This document shows positions 47,331 to 56,397 of a stretch of 64,000 nucleotides of DNA, piece by piece. This DNA comes from Puniceicoccaceae bacterium. GTDB lineage: Bacteria; Verrucomicrobiota; Verrucomicrobiia; Opitutales; Oceanipulchritudinaceae. The notes under the pieces were generated by a model. That model was not told the origin of the DNA. It saw only the letters and a program-made list of their open reading frames with translations, and ran no database searches. Position 1 is the stretch's first letter, and each line of letters begins with the position of its first letter. The position numbers were made by a program, and so were the translations under genes. The stretch lies in NCBI GenBank assembly GCA_040830765.1, contig JBFOMH010000005.1, positions 160,001 through 224,000 on the forward strand. The letters run 5' to 3'.

Positions 47331-48914
47331 ATGCCAGACCTGACCCGCATCTCCACCGGCAAAGCCGAATTTGACACCTTTTACCCACGAATTGAGGCCT
47401 TCCTCAAGCAGGACACCATGGATTTGGTGATCGATGGGCAAACCATCCATGGCTACCGCTCCCCTGATTGCCCGGCCATCTGGTTGCGCGACCACAGCGA
47501 CATCATGCGCGGTTGCCGCTATTTCGAGACGGACCTGGTGTCGACAGTCCAACATTTCGCGGATACCCAGGCTGCCAATGGACGGCTCTTCGACTTTGTC
47601 ACCAACCAGTCCCTCAATCCTGAGACTGCGAAGGAAAACTGGGTCCAGTATGTCCGCGTCCCGGTGGAGGCGGATGTGGAGTACCGCTTTGTCAAGGCGG
47701 CCTTCCTGGCCTGGCAGAGTACGGGCAACAATGGCTTCATTGAAAAGCTGATGCCTTCCCTTGAGCGTGCGCTGGAATATGTCTTTACCCACCCTTGGCG
47801 CTGGGACAGTGATCGGCAACTGGTCAAGCGGGCCTATACCATTGATTCATGGGATTTCGCCTACACGGCCGGGATGCATGACTGGCTCCAGTTCCAGATC
47901 GATGACAACACCTTCTGGGGAATCATGCACGGGGATAACAGCGGATACTACGAGGCCTGCCGACTGATGGCCCATATATATACCCGGATCGGAAAGGATG
48001 CCCGGGCCCGGTACTGGAGCAACTTTGCCGAGGGCCTCAGGGACCGACTAAACGCCACCTGCTGGAACGGCCGCTTCTATACCCACTTTGTCAAGACTAC
48101 CCCGGTCGACATCCCCGGGCTCGATGAGGAGAATCAACTCAGTTTTTCCAATGCCATGGATATAAACCGCGGGGTGACCAGTCATTCCCAGGCGGTGTCC
48201 ATCCTTAACGAGTACCTCGGTCGCAAGAAGGAAAATCAATCCTTTGCGGAATGGTACTCCATCGATCCGGCCTTTCCCAACGGGGCTTTTGGTGATGAAA
48301 AACTGGTCCCCGGGGCCTATGTCAATGGTGGCATCCTGCCGCTGGTTGGCGGTGAGCTGGCCCGGGCCTATCTCGAAAACGGATTCGAGGAACAGGGCGT
48401 GGCCACCCTGCGACAGTATTACGGCATGATCGAGGAAAAGAACGAAACCTTCCTCTGGTATTTCCCCGACGGCCGGGCCTCATCCGTCGAGACCAGTACC
48501 AGCCCGGATGCCATGCCAACCGACGGCTGGGGCTCCTCGGCCATGCTCTATGGATTCATGGAGGGACTCGCCGGCATCCAGGACCACGGATGTTGCCTCG
48601 ACGTGGTCCGCCTCTGCCCGCGCTGGGCGGCGGCAGGGGTCGATTCCGCCGAGGTGGAGACCGGTTACGCCGCCTCCGGGGCCCGTTTCGGATACCAATA
48701 CCAGCAAGCCAGCGACTCCCTGAAACTGGAGATCATCAGCCGGCATTCCCTGGTGGACATACACCTGCTTCTCCCCACCGGCGCCGAGGTGGCTTCCGTC
48801 AGCACCCGCTCCGGCGACCTCGAATTCGCCGAATCCACGGTCGGCCAAAGCCACTACCTCGATTGTCAACTCGCCGTCATGGACGGGGCTGAAATCACGG
48901 TCCGGTTCAGATAA
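47331..48914 (+). CDS. Putative (alpha/alpha)6 six-hairpin glycosidase, family unassigned
   Basis: IWLRDH, EADVEY, LNATCWNGRFY and YVNGGILP resemble six-hairpin glycosidase motifs; C-terminal beta domain. Confidence 0.65.
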   Translation: MPDLTRISTGKAEFDTFYPRIEAFLKQDTMDLVIDGQTIHGYRSPDCPAIWLRDHSDIMRGCRYFETDLVSTVQHFADTQAANGRLFDFVTNQSLNPETAKENWVQYVRVPVEADVEYRFVKAAFLAWQSTGNNGFIEKLMPSLERALEYVFTHPWRWDSDRQLVKRAYTIDSWDFAYTAGMHDWLQFQIDDNTFWGIMHGDNSGYYEACRLMAHIYTRIGKDARARYWSNFAEGLRDRLNATCWNGRFYTHFVKTTPVDIPGLDEENQLSFSNAMDINRGVTSHSQAVSILNEYLGRKKENQSFAEWYSIDPAFPNGAFGDEKLVPGAYVNGGILPLVGGELARAYLENGFEEQGVATLRQYYGMIEEKNETFLWYFPDGRASSVETSTSPDAMPTDGWGSSAMLYGFMEGLAGIQDHGCCLDVVRLCPRWAAAGVDSAEVETGYAASGARFGYQYQQASDSLKLEIISRHSLVDIHLLLPTGAEVASVSTRSGDLEFAESTVGQSHYLDCQLAVMDGAEITVRFR

Positions 48915-48927
48915 ATACCTCCATGAC

Positions 48928-48977
48928 CGGAGGGCCCGCCTCTGGCGGGCTTATGGTCCGCGGGACGCGGACCCTCC
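48928..48977. repeat. GGAG-type REP doublet between convergent genes
   Basis: CGGAGGGCCCGCCTCTGGCGGGCTT plus inverted GGAGGGTCCGCGTCCCGCGGACC. The first unit is the exact reverse complement of 43688-43711. Confidence 0.85.
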
Positions 48978-49008
48978 ATCCTGAACCATTCAGGCGGCCC
49001 CAATTCCC

Positions 49009-50628
49009 TCAATAATCGTTAAAGTCCTTCGGGTCCCCCGGCTGCAGGTAGCGCTGTTGGTAGGTCGGTGCATCCGCGGCCATCTTGAGGAAGACATCCA
49101 GCGGGACGACCTCGGCGGAGTCCCCCAGCCCGTCGATGATGTCCGCCACCCGGTCAATGGTCGTTGATTCCCGGACGTGGATAAGGAGGAAGTACGGGCG
49201 CTCCCGGTTGAGGGCGATCAGTTCCTTGAGGTCGGCAATGGCCGCATCGGTGGGCCGGCGAATGCCCAGGTAATAATCGTAGGAAATCATCGGCCGTCCA
49301 TCCCTGAGGTCGAAGGTCCGGGCAGAACCATACCCATTGATGAATCCAATCACATCCGGGAAGGCCTTGTAGTAACGATCCACTACATCCTCGGTCAGGT
49401 CGGTATTGCCGACATGGCGGTTGCCTTCCGAATAGTCCATGATTTCCATGACCCGCAGGTCGAGGATATCCATGAGCCGGTTGGCTTCCTTCATCAGCGG
49501 CCAGAATGCTTCTTCCGGAATCGGCTTGGGATACATGTAGCCAGGGCCTGAAAGCCCTCCGATGAAGTAATCATTGGGCGTTGCCGCCTCGGCGAAGTAC
49601 TGGATGCTGCAGGGAGCGATCCAGGTCCAGTTCATGGAGACCTGCCAGGCGTAGGGAATACGGCCACGGCCTGGCTTGGTCCACGCGCCAATACCCATAC
49701 TGTCCGTCTGGATGAGCGAGATGTAAACCTTGTCCTCGGGCACGATCGTCTCATCCGGCTCCACGTTGTGGTTGTTCCGGAAGTTGAAGTCATCCGTAAA
49801 CGGAACCTGGGTATTGAAACTGATATTCGGCAGGCTGTTGAGACCCTCCATCTTGAGGCCATAGCTGGAAACCAGGCTGACGTGCTGGCCCTCTGTATCC
49901 TTACCATAAGAGTGCCAGCCCATGACCACGCTCTGCGGATTCTGCTGGCTGAGAATCTTGTTGTGCAGGGCCAGCTCCTCAACGTCCTTGGGGCTGGCTG
50001 AGAGGTCGGTAAAGAAGGCGCCACGGTAGATGCCATAGTCGGCAATCCCCGGTTCCATGCGGGCGCGTGCCTGACCACCCATCCAGATAACAATATCCCG
50101 GCTGCAGCGGTCCCAATAACGTTCGTAGGCAATCTGGTAGATTTCCGCATCGTTCATGCCGGTAAAGTCACCCCGCAAATCCTCCACCATGGAGAGCCCG
50201 TGAGCTTCCACCATGGGAATGAGGTCCTCGTTTACCACGAGGACCTCTTCTAACCCGGCGACGGTGAAGGCAACGATCAAGGATGTTCGCACATCCTTGT
50301 CCCACACAACATATCCTTTGGCCTGGTCGGCCAGATGCTCCAACGCTTCACCGGGTGTTCCCAAAACGGTGAACTCAAACCCATGGCGATTTTCGAAAAA
50401 TCCCCGCATGGCCGACGTGATCTTCCACGGCCATTCCGGGGGATAGACAAAATTAAGCTCCGGCCCGTCCTTGTTGACGATGCCCTGCAGGCTAATGAGC
50501 ATGGCCTTTTCCGGAAGGCCGTCCTCAAGATTCCAGCGATTGGCGGACTCCATCAGGTAGGCCGGTCGGGCCATTAGTCCTGTGGCTGCGATTAAGCTCA
50601 ATAAAGTAACCAAAAGTGTCTTCTTCAT
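49009..50628 (-). CDS. GxGYxYP-domain putative glycoside hydrolase
   Basis: RBS GGAG, signal peptide MKKTLLVTLL, SLQGIVN and GLSGPGYMYP; paralog of 28204-30297. Confidence 0.82.
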   Translation of the reverse strand: MKKTLLVTLLSLIAATGLMARPAYLMESANRWNLEDGLPEKAMLISLQGIVNKDGPELNFVYPPEWPWKITSAMRGFFENRHGFEFTVLGTPGEALEHLADQAKGYVVWDKDVRTSLIVAFTVAGLEEVLVVNEDLIPMVEAHGLSMVEDLRGDFTGMNDAEIYQIAYERYWDRCSRDIVIWMGGQARARMEPGIADYGIYRGAFFTDLSASPKDVEELALHNKILSQQNPQSVVMGWHSYGKDTEGQHVSLVSSYGLKMEGLNSLPNISFNTQVPFTDDFNFRNNHNVEPDETIVPEDKVYISLIQTDSMGIGAWTKPGRGRIPYAWQVSMNWTWIAPCSIQYFAEAATPNDYFIGGLSGPGYMYPKPIPEEAFWPLMKEANRLMDILDLRVMEIMDYSEGNRHVGNTDLTEDVVDRYYKAFPDVIGFINGYGSARTFDLRDGRPMISYDYYLGIRRPTDAAIADLKELIALNRERPYFLLIHVRESTTIDRVADIIDGLGDSAEVVPLDVFLKMAADAPTYQQRYLQPGDPKDFNDY

Positions 50629-50641
50629 GATTCTATCTCCC

Positions 50642-51163
50642 TCAGGCACGCTTGAAAACATGGACTACCGGAGTACTCCGTGATGACCGCAGTTCAATCA
50701 CCGTCAGTCCACTTCCATCCGGATCGAGACGGTACTCGTAGTAACTGCGGACCGCCGTTTCGCCCTGGGATGTCTGGAGCACATAACGGGACTCAACCCG
50801 CAGGGTCCGACCACCATCCATCCATTCGGCGGTGATGGTTTCCGTTCCATCACCCCCCATGTAGGCACCAATGTGGCGGTTCCCCGTCCACCAAGTGACC
50901 GGGATCTTTGTCTCTTCGCCAACAACAAACGGATAAACTTGTGTACTGTTGCGGCGACCAGTCGTAACCGTTCGTGAGATACTGATGGCCTTGCCGTCAA
51001 TGGCGATATCCAGGGTAATCCGTCCCCACGGATCAATGGGGGAACTGGCTTCCCGGTCAATGGTCCATGAGCCGGCAAGAACGGGCACATCCGTCCCGGC
51101 ATGGACAAGGGGGCAGATACTGGCCAATAGGCCAAAAGTTAGAAGGAGTCGTGGGATTCGCAT
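50642..51163 (-). CDS. Small secreted lipocalin-like beta-barrel protein
   Basis: Signal peptide, LAGSWTIDREASS N-terminal motif and VVHVFKR C-terminus; homologous to the N-terminal domain of 28204-30297. Confidence 0.75.
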   Translation of the reverse strand: MRIPRLLLTFGLLASICPLVHAGTDVPVLAGSWTIDREASSPIDPWGRITLDIAIDGKAISISRTVTTGRRNSTQVYPFVVGEETKIPVTWWTGNRHIGAYMGGDGTETITAEWMDGGRTLRVESRYVLQTSQGETAVRSYYEYRLDPDGSGLTVIELRSSRSTPVVHVFKRA

Positions 51164-51312
51164 GATAGGTCCCATTGTCCTCATTAAACCTTCCGGGTCA
51201 GCCCCGATTACGTTTTACCATAAAACCAAGGGAGGGTGCCCCTTCCATGCAAATTGGGATTCCCTGAGATTAACTGGCGGGCCCACCTTCAGCCCGTTAC
51301 AGACACCACATT

Positions 51313-53166
51313 ATGCCCGAACTGAGTTTCCTCAACCGTCTCGATTTCACCGTGGTCGGCCTCTACATGCTGGCCGTCCTGGGAGTCGGCTTCTACGTGG
51401 CCCGGTTCAACAAGGCGACGACGGACTATTTCAAGGGCGGCGGCCATATCCCATGGAAGATGTCGATGCTGTCCCTCTTCATCTCGGGATTCTCGGCCTT
51501 CATGTTCGTCGGTGCGGCGGGCATCACCTACGGCAACGGCGGGGGGGCCATCCTCCTCTTCAGCTTTGCCCTCCCGGCCTACCTCCTCGGGGCATGGGTC
51601 TTTGGCTGGCGCTGGCGGCGGACACGACTCGACACGCCCCTGCAGTTCCTCACCCGACGCTATTCCCAGGGAACAACCTATTTCTACACCATCCTCGCGG
51701 TCGTCCCAAACACCCTCGTGCTGGGGATCATGATCTACACCCTGTGTATTTTCATCTCCACCGCCATGGGGATCAACACCACCGTGTTTGACCTCGGGCT
51801 ATTCACCCTCAATGGGTTCCAGCTGACCATGCTCGTCACCGGCATGGTGATTGTTGTCTACACGACCCTGGGCGGACTCTGGGCGGTCATGGTCACGGAT
51901 GCGGTGCAGTTTCTCATCGTCCTGCTCATCACCATGGTAATGACCCCCCTGGCCTACACCCACCTTGGCGGGGGCAATCCCATTGACGGCATCAGCCGGC
52001 TCTTTGCCGAAGCCCCGGAGGGATATTTCTCCATCGGCCTGGAGGGCAAACCCTTCCTTTTCTGGCCAACCTGGTTCATCTACATCATTTTCGGCTACAA
52101 CGTGAACTGGCACATTGCCCAGCGGTATTACAGTATCTCGGATGAACGGGATACCCGGAAGATGGCCTACTGGTGCGGAGGATTGTCGTTCATCATGCCG
52201 ATGCTCTGGATTCTCCCCATTCTCGTCACCCCGATCCTCTTCCCGAACATCCATGAGCTCTGGCCGGACCTCGCCAAGCCCTCGGAAGCCTCCTTCGTCA
52301 CCCTCGCCCTGGCAATCCTTCCCCATGGCCTGCTTGGCCTGCTGACAGCGGCCATTTTTGCCGCCACAATGAGCTCCACCGACACCACATTCAACTGGCT
52401 CGGAGCAGTCCTGACAAAGGATGTCTATGTTCCTCTGACGGAGAAAGTCCGCAAGGAGACGCCAAGCGAGCGAACGCAATTGTGGGTTGGAAAGGGAGTT
52501 GTGGCCTCCCTCGGGATCATTGCCATCTGGATTTCGGTCAACATCCAGAAATATGGTGGAGCCTTCGATGTCTACATGAAGGCGGAATCGCTCTACAAGA
52601 TCACCCTCTTTGTCCCGGTCTTCTTCGGACTGCTTTACACCCGCACACCTTGGTGGTCCGCCATTGCCTCGGTAGCCGCGGGCGTGATTTCCGTCCTTGC
52701 TGTTGGCGTGGCGGCTGCCTTCCAAACCGAGGACAGTCTCAGCTTCATGAACATTCTCTTTGCCGACATGGAGGTAAGTACATTCGGTCTCGTCTTCACG
52801 CGCTATGAATTAAACGCCCTCGTCGGATTGGCGGTCAGTGGCGGGGTCTTCCTGTTTTCCGCATTTCTCGACAAACGGACGGGCCTCTTCAAGGAGCGGA
52901 TTGAATCCTTTGAAAAGGACTTGCAGACACCGGCCCATGAAGATCCGGACCACAAGATTGGTCCTGAGGGTCTGAAGGCCTACCGCCTGATGGGCATTCT
53001 CGCCATCGGATTGGGCGTCGTCCTTCTCATCCTTTCGGTCTTTACGATGACCAGCGGTGGCTGGCTCAATGCCATCGTGGGCGGGCTTGCCATCGGCATC
53101 GGCTTCATTACGATAAAGGCCATCCGCACTTATCAGCGGGTGCATGGCCTGGATTCCACTCAATAA
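51313..53166 (+). CDS. Sodium:solute symporter (SSS family)
   Basis: DYFKGGGHIPW, YTTLGGLWAVMVTD, AQRY and IFAATMSS motifs. Confidence 0.93.
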   Translation: MPELSFLNRLDFTVVGLYMLAVLGVGFYVARFNKATTDYFKGGGHIPWKMSMLSLFISGFSAFMFVGAAGITYGNGGGAILLFSFALPAYLLGAWVFGWRWRRTRLDTPLQFLTRRYSQGTTYFYTILAVVPNTLVLGIMIYTLCIFISTAMGINTTVFDLGLFTLNGFQLTMLVTGMVIVVYTTLGGLWAVMVTDAVQFLIVLLITMVMTPLAYTHLGGGNPIDGISRLFAEAPEGYFSIGLEGKPFLFWPTWFIYIIFGYNVNWHIAQRYYSISDERDTRKMAYWCGGLSFIMPMLWILPILVTPILFPNIHELWPDLAKPSEASFVTLALAILPHGLLGLLTAAIFAATMSSTDTTFNWLGAVLTKDVYVPLTEKVRKETPSERTQLWVGKGVVASLGIIAIWISVNIQKYGGAFDVYMKAESLYKITLFVPVFFGLLYTRTPWWSAIASVAAGVISVLAVGVAAAFQTEDSLSFMNILFADMEVSTFGLVFTRYELNALVGLAVSGGVFLFSAFLDKRTGLFKERIESFEKDLQTPAHEDPDHKIGPEGLKAYRLMGILAIGLGVVLLILSVFTMTSGGWLNAIVGGLAIGIGFITIKAIRTYQRVHGLDSTQ

Positions 53167-53179
53167 CCCGTTTCCACTT

Positions 53180-55186
53180 ATGAAAATGACAAGACGTGAC
53201 CTACTTCGCATCGGCGGTTCCTCCCTTCTCTTTGCCGGACTATCCCCACTTTCATCCCTGGCATCGGGAGGCACCCAATCCTCCTCCCGACGTCTCTTTT
53301 TCAATGAGGCGGACCTTCCCCGCATCCGGGCAAATGCCCAGAGTCCGCTCCTCAAGTCCATTTTCAGCGAATGGGCCGCCTACACCCCAGCCGATCTCGA
53401 GGCCGCCTACGAAAAGTTCACGCAGTCCAAGGATATTATCCGCGACTTCATGGCCATCCTCCGGGGAATCGATAACCTCGCTGCCGCCCATATGGTTGAG
53501 CCCGATGAGGCCAAGGCGAAGGCTATTATTGATGCCATGGAACGGATCATTCTGGAACCCTATTGGGACTATTTCCGCGATGGCGGGACAGAGGTCATCG
53601 GCATCCAGCGTGCCTCCTACGCCACCGTCCACTTGCTCATCGCCCGGGAAGTCCTCGGCGATGCCATCGACCATGACCTTGACCGGCGCCTGCTCAAGGC
53701 CATTGCCGAGAAAGGCTGTCTCCCCTGTTACCGGACCGTCTACGACATGGAGAACCCGGAAACGGTCAAGGGCTGGGACTTTGACGAGCATCATGCCGGC
53801 TTTTACGACATTACCATGGAACGCTGGCCGACGATCCTTGGAGCCAACAACCTCCGCGCAGCCCCGACGGGTGCGCTCGGCCTTGGGGCACTCGCCCTCC
53901 AGGGAGTTGATGATCGCGCCGACGAGTGGCTGGCCACTGCCGTTGCCAGCACGGAACGCTTCCTTAAACTGATTAGCCCGGACGGCAGCTTTTTCGAGGG
54001 ACTGAGCTACCTCAGTTATTCCCTCCGCACCACCCTTCCCTTCATCCAAGCCCACACCAACCTGATTGGCGACATCGACTGGACAACCAAGGCCAATTGG
54101 GATGGTGCCCTCGAATACATCATGACGATGCAATTCGGCAAAAAGGCGGACGGCACCCCGGATATCGTCAATTTCAGTGATGCCCGCTTCAGTGTCTTCC
54201 CCGGTGCGATTTCTCTGATTGGGGACTACACCGGTAACCCGCTGGCGGGATTTGCCTCCACCTATGCTGGCAATCCCCGCTGGATCTACGATCTCTTCTG
54301 GTATCGTCCCGATGCTCCTGCCGAGGAACCTTCCCCGAAGCTGCTCAACAAGCTCAACGATCTGGATTGGATCATCTGCCGCTCAGGCTGGGACGCCGAT
54401 GACAGTGTCCTCGCCTTCAAAAGCGGTGCACCGGCCAATCATGAGCACGCCGACCGCAACCACATCATGTTCAAGCGCCATGGGGAACGGCTCCTCAACG
54501 ACCATGTCGGGGCCGCCTACGACCGCCGCAACGACGGCTGGAAGATGCGCTTTACCCGCGGTCACAATGCGGTCCTCATCGACGGCAAGGGGCATCCCTA
54601 CATCGACGGAAGCGAAGGAACCAATGACAGCAAAGCCTACGCCAACATTCTCCAGTACGAGGACCAGGGCGACCATGTCTGGTGGACCAGCGATGCCTCA
54701 CCGGCCTACATCCTCGACAACTACCATGTCCATCAGGTCCTCCGGAGTGTCCTCTATGCCAAGCCGGATATCTTTGTCGTGATCGATCAAATACGACTGC
54801 GCTACCGCCCACAGACGGTCGATGCCCGATTCTACCCGGACAATGGGGATGGCAAGGCCAAGCTCTCCGTTGACGGCAATCGCTTTACGATCAGCCGACC
54901 AAAGGCCACCCTGCACGGACTGGTCGCTTCCGACACCGGTGCCATGCCGAGGTTGGCTCGTCTCGAAGTGGAGAAGGAAACGGGGGACTTCCCCTGCATC
55001 GAGCTACATGCCGGCAAGGCCCTGACCCATCACATGGTCACCGTTCTCGCCGCCACACCTGCCGGCGCGGAGGCACCTCTCAGCATGCAAGTCGAGCAAA
55101 ACGGAAATCTTTGGACCATTCACGCCGGTGACCTCAAGGCCACTGTGGAAATGACCACCCGCGAACCGGTGATTCATATCCTTTAA
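53180..55186 (+). CDS. Tat-exported heparinase II/III-like lyase
   Basis: Twin-arginine signal MKMTRRDLL, DGSFFEGLSYLSY, NFSD, RSGW, HEHADRNH and HNAVLIDG. Confidence 0.85.
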   Translation: MKMTRRDLLRIGGSSLLFAGLSPLSSLASGGTQSSSRRLFFNEADLPRIRANAQSPLLKSIFSEWAAYTPADLEAAYEKFTQSKDIIRDFMAILRGIDNLAAAHMVEPDEAKAKAIIDAMERIILEPYWDYFRDGGTEVIGIQRASYATVHLLIAREVLGDAIDHDLDRRLLKAIAEKGCLPCYRTVYDMENPETVKGWDFDEHHAGFYDITMERWPTILGANNLRAAPTGALGLGALALQGVDDRADEWLATAVASTERFLKLISPDGSFFEGLSYLSYSLRTTLPFIQAHTNLIGDIDWTTKANWDGALEYIMTMQFGKKADGTPDIVNFSDARFSVFPGAISLIGDYTGNPLAGFASTYAGNPRWIYDLFWYRPDAPAEEPSPKLLNKLNDLDWIICRSGWDADDSVLAFKSGAPANHEHADRNHIMFKRHGERLLNDHVGAAYDRRNDGWKMRFTRGHNAVLIDGKGHPYIDGSEGTNDSKAYANILQYEDQGDHVWWTSDASPAYILDNYHVHQVLRSVLYAKPDIFVVIDQIRLRYRPQTVDARFYPDNGDGKAKLSVDGNRFTISRPKATLHGLVASDTGAMPRLARLEVEKETGDFPCIELHAGKALTHHMVTVLAATPAGAEAPLSMQVEQNGNLWTIHAGDLKATVEMTTREPVIHIL

Positions 55187-55192
55187 TTCCCA

Positions 55193-56392
55193 ATGCAGTC
55201 GGAAAACAGCAAGTACCTGGAGCGGGCCCTCCGGACAATCCCGTGGGGCACCCAGACGAATGCCAAGCGCCACGAGCGGGACGGCATGGAGGAGCGCCCG
55301 GCTTTTATCAAACGGGCCTCCGGTTGCCGCATGTGGGACCTCGATGATCGTGAGTTCATCGACTACCGGGCCGCCCTGGGGCCAATTATCCTCGGTTATT
55401 GCCATGAGCCAGTGGATGCCGCGGTGCGCGCCCAGATGGAACTCGGCACCCTCTTCAGCATGGCCAGTCCGATTGAGGTCGAGGCGGCGGAAGCGGTCCT
55501 TGGGACACTCAACTGGGCGGACCAGATCCGCTTCATGAAGACTGGGGCGGATGTCTGTACCTGTTGCCTGCGGTTGGCCAGAAGCCGTACCGGCCGGGAC
55601 CATATGCTGACCATTGGCTACCATGGTTATCATGACTGGTTTGCCTTTGACTGGCCCAATCCGGGTGTGCCGGAATCCCTTAAGCAGTACATTCACCCGG
55701 TGGCCTATGGCGACAAGGAGGCCGTCGACCAAATCTTCGCCGAACACGGGCATGAGCTCGCTGCGGCGATTACCGTCCCCATTGAGTGGCACATGGAGCC
55801 GGATGGCGAATTCCTGCAGCACTTGCGCAAGTTGTGCGATGCCCATGGAAGCGCTTTGATCTTTGATGAAGTCCTCACCGGTTTCAGGCTCGGAAAGGCC
55901 GGTGCTGTCGAGCACTTCGGGGTCACCCCGGACATGGTTGGCTATGCCAAGGGCATCGCCAATGGATATCCCCTCGCCGCCTATGCCGGCAAAAAGGAAT
56001 GGATGGACACCCTTAACCAGACCATCATCACCACCACCTACGCCGGAGAAACCCTTTCCCTCGCCGCCAGCATCGCAGTGATGGAGATTTTTAACAAGGA
56101 ACCGGTGCATGACCATATCCGTACCCAGGGAGCAGCTCTGCGAAAGGGATTTGAGGAAATCTTCAAGGAGAGCGGCCTTCCGCTAACGACGGTTGGCGTT
56201 GACGAGGGGGCCGTCATCGACTTCAGCGCAGTCGGGGAAAACGCTGACTCCCTGCACCGCAATTTATTCAACAAGCTGTTTGCCAGGGGAATTTTCGCCA
56301 ACGAGCAATGGTTTGTCACCTACACCCACCAGCCCGCTGACATTGAACAGACCCTCGATGCGATGCGGGATTCAATCAAAGAAATCATTTAA
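55193..56392 (+). CDS. Class III PLP aminotransferase (GSA-aminomutase-like)
   Basis: DY...LGPIILGY, LIFDEVLTGFR and PDMVGYAKGIANGYP with the PLP lysine. Confidence 0.9.
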   Translation: MQSENSKYLERALRTIPWGTQTNAKRHERDGMEERPAFIKRASGCRMWDLDDREFIDYRAALGPIILGYCHEPVDAAVRAQMELGTLFSMASPIEVEAAEAVLGTLNWADQIRFMKTGADVCTCCLRLARSRTGRDHMLTIGYHGYHDWFAFDWPNPGVPESLKQYIHPVAYGDKEAVDQIFAEHGHELAAAITVPIEWHMEPDGEFLQHLRKLCDAHGSALIFDEVLTGFRLGKAGAVEHFGVTPDMVGYAKGIANGYPLAAYAGKKEWMDTLNQTIITTTYAGETLSLAASIAVMEIFNKEPVHDHIRTQGAALRKGFEEIFKESGLPLTTVGVDEGAVIDFSAVGENADSLHRNLFNKLFARGIFANEQWFVTYTHQPADIEQTLDAMRDSIKEII

Positions 56393-56397
56393 GCAAC

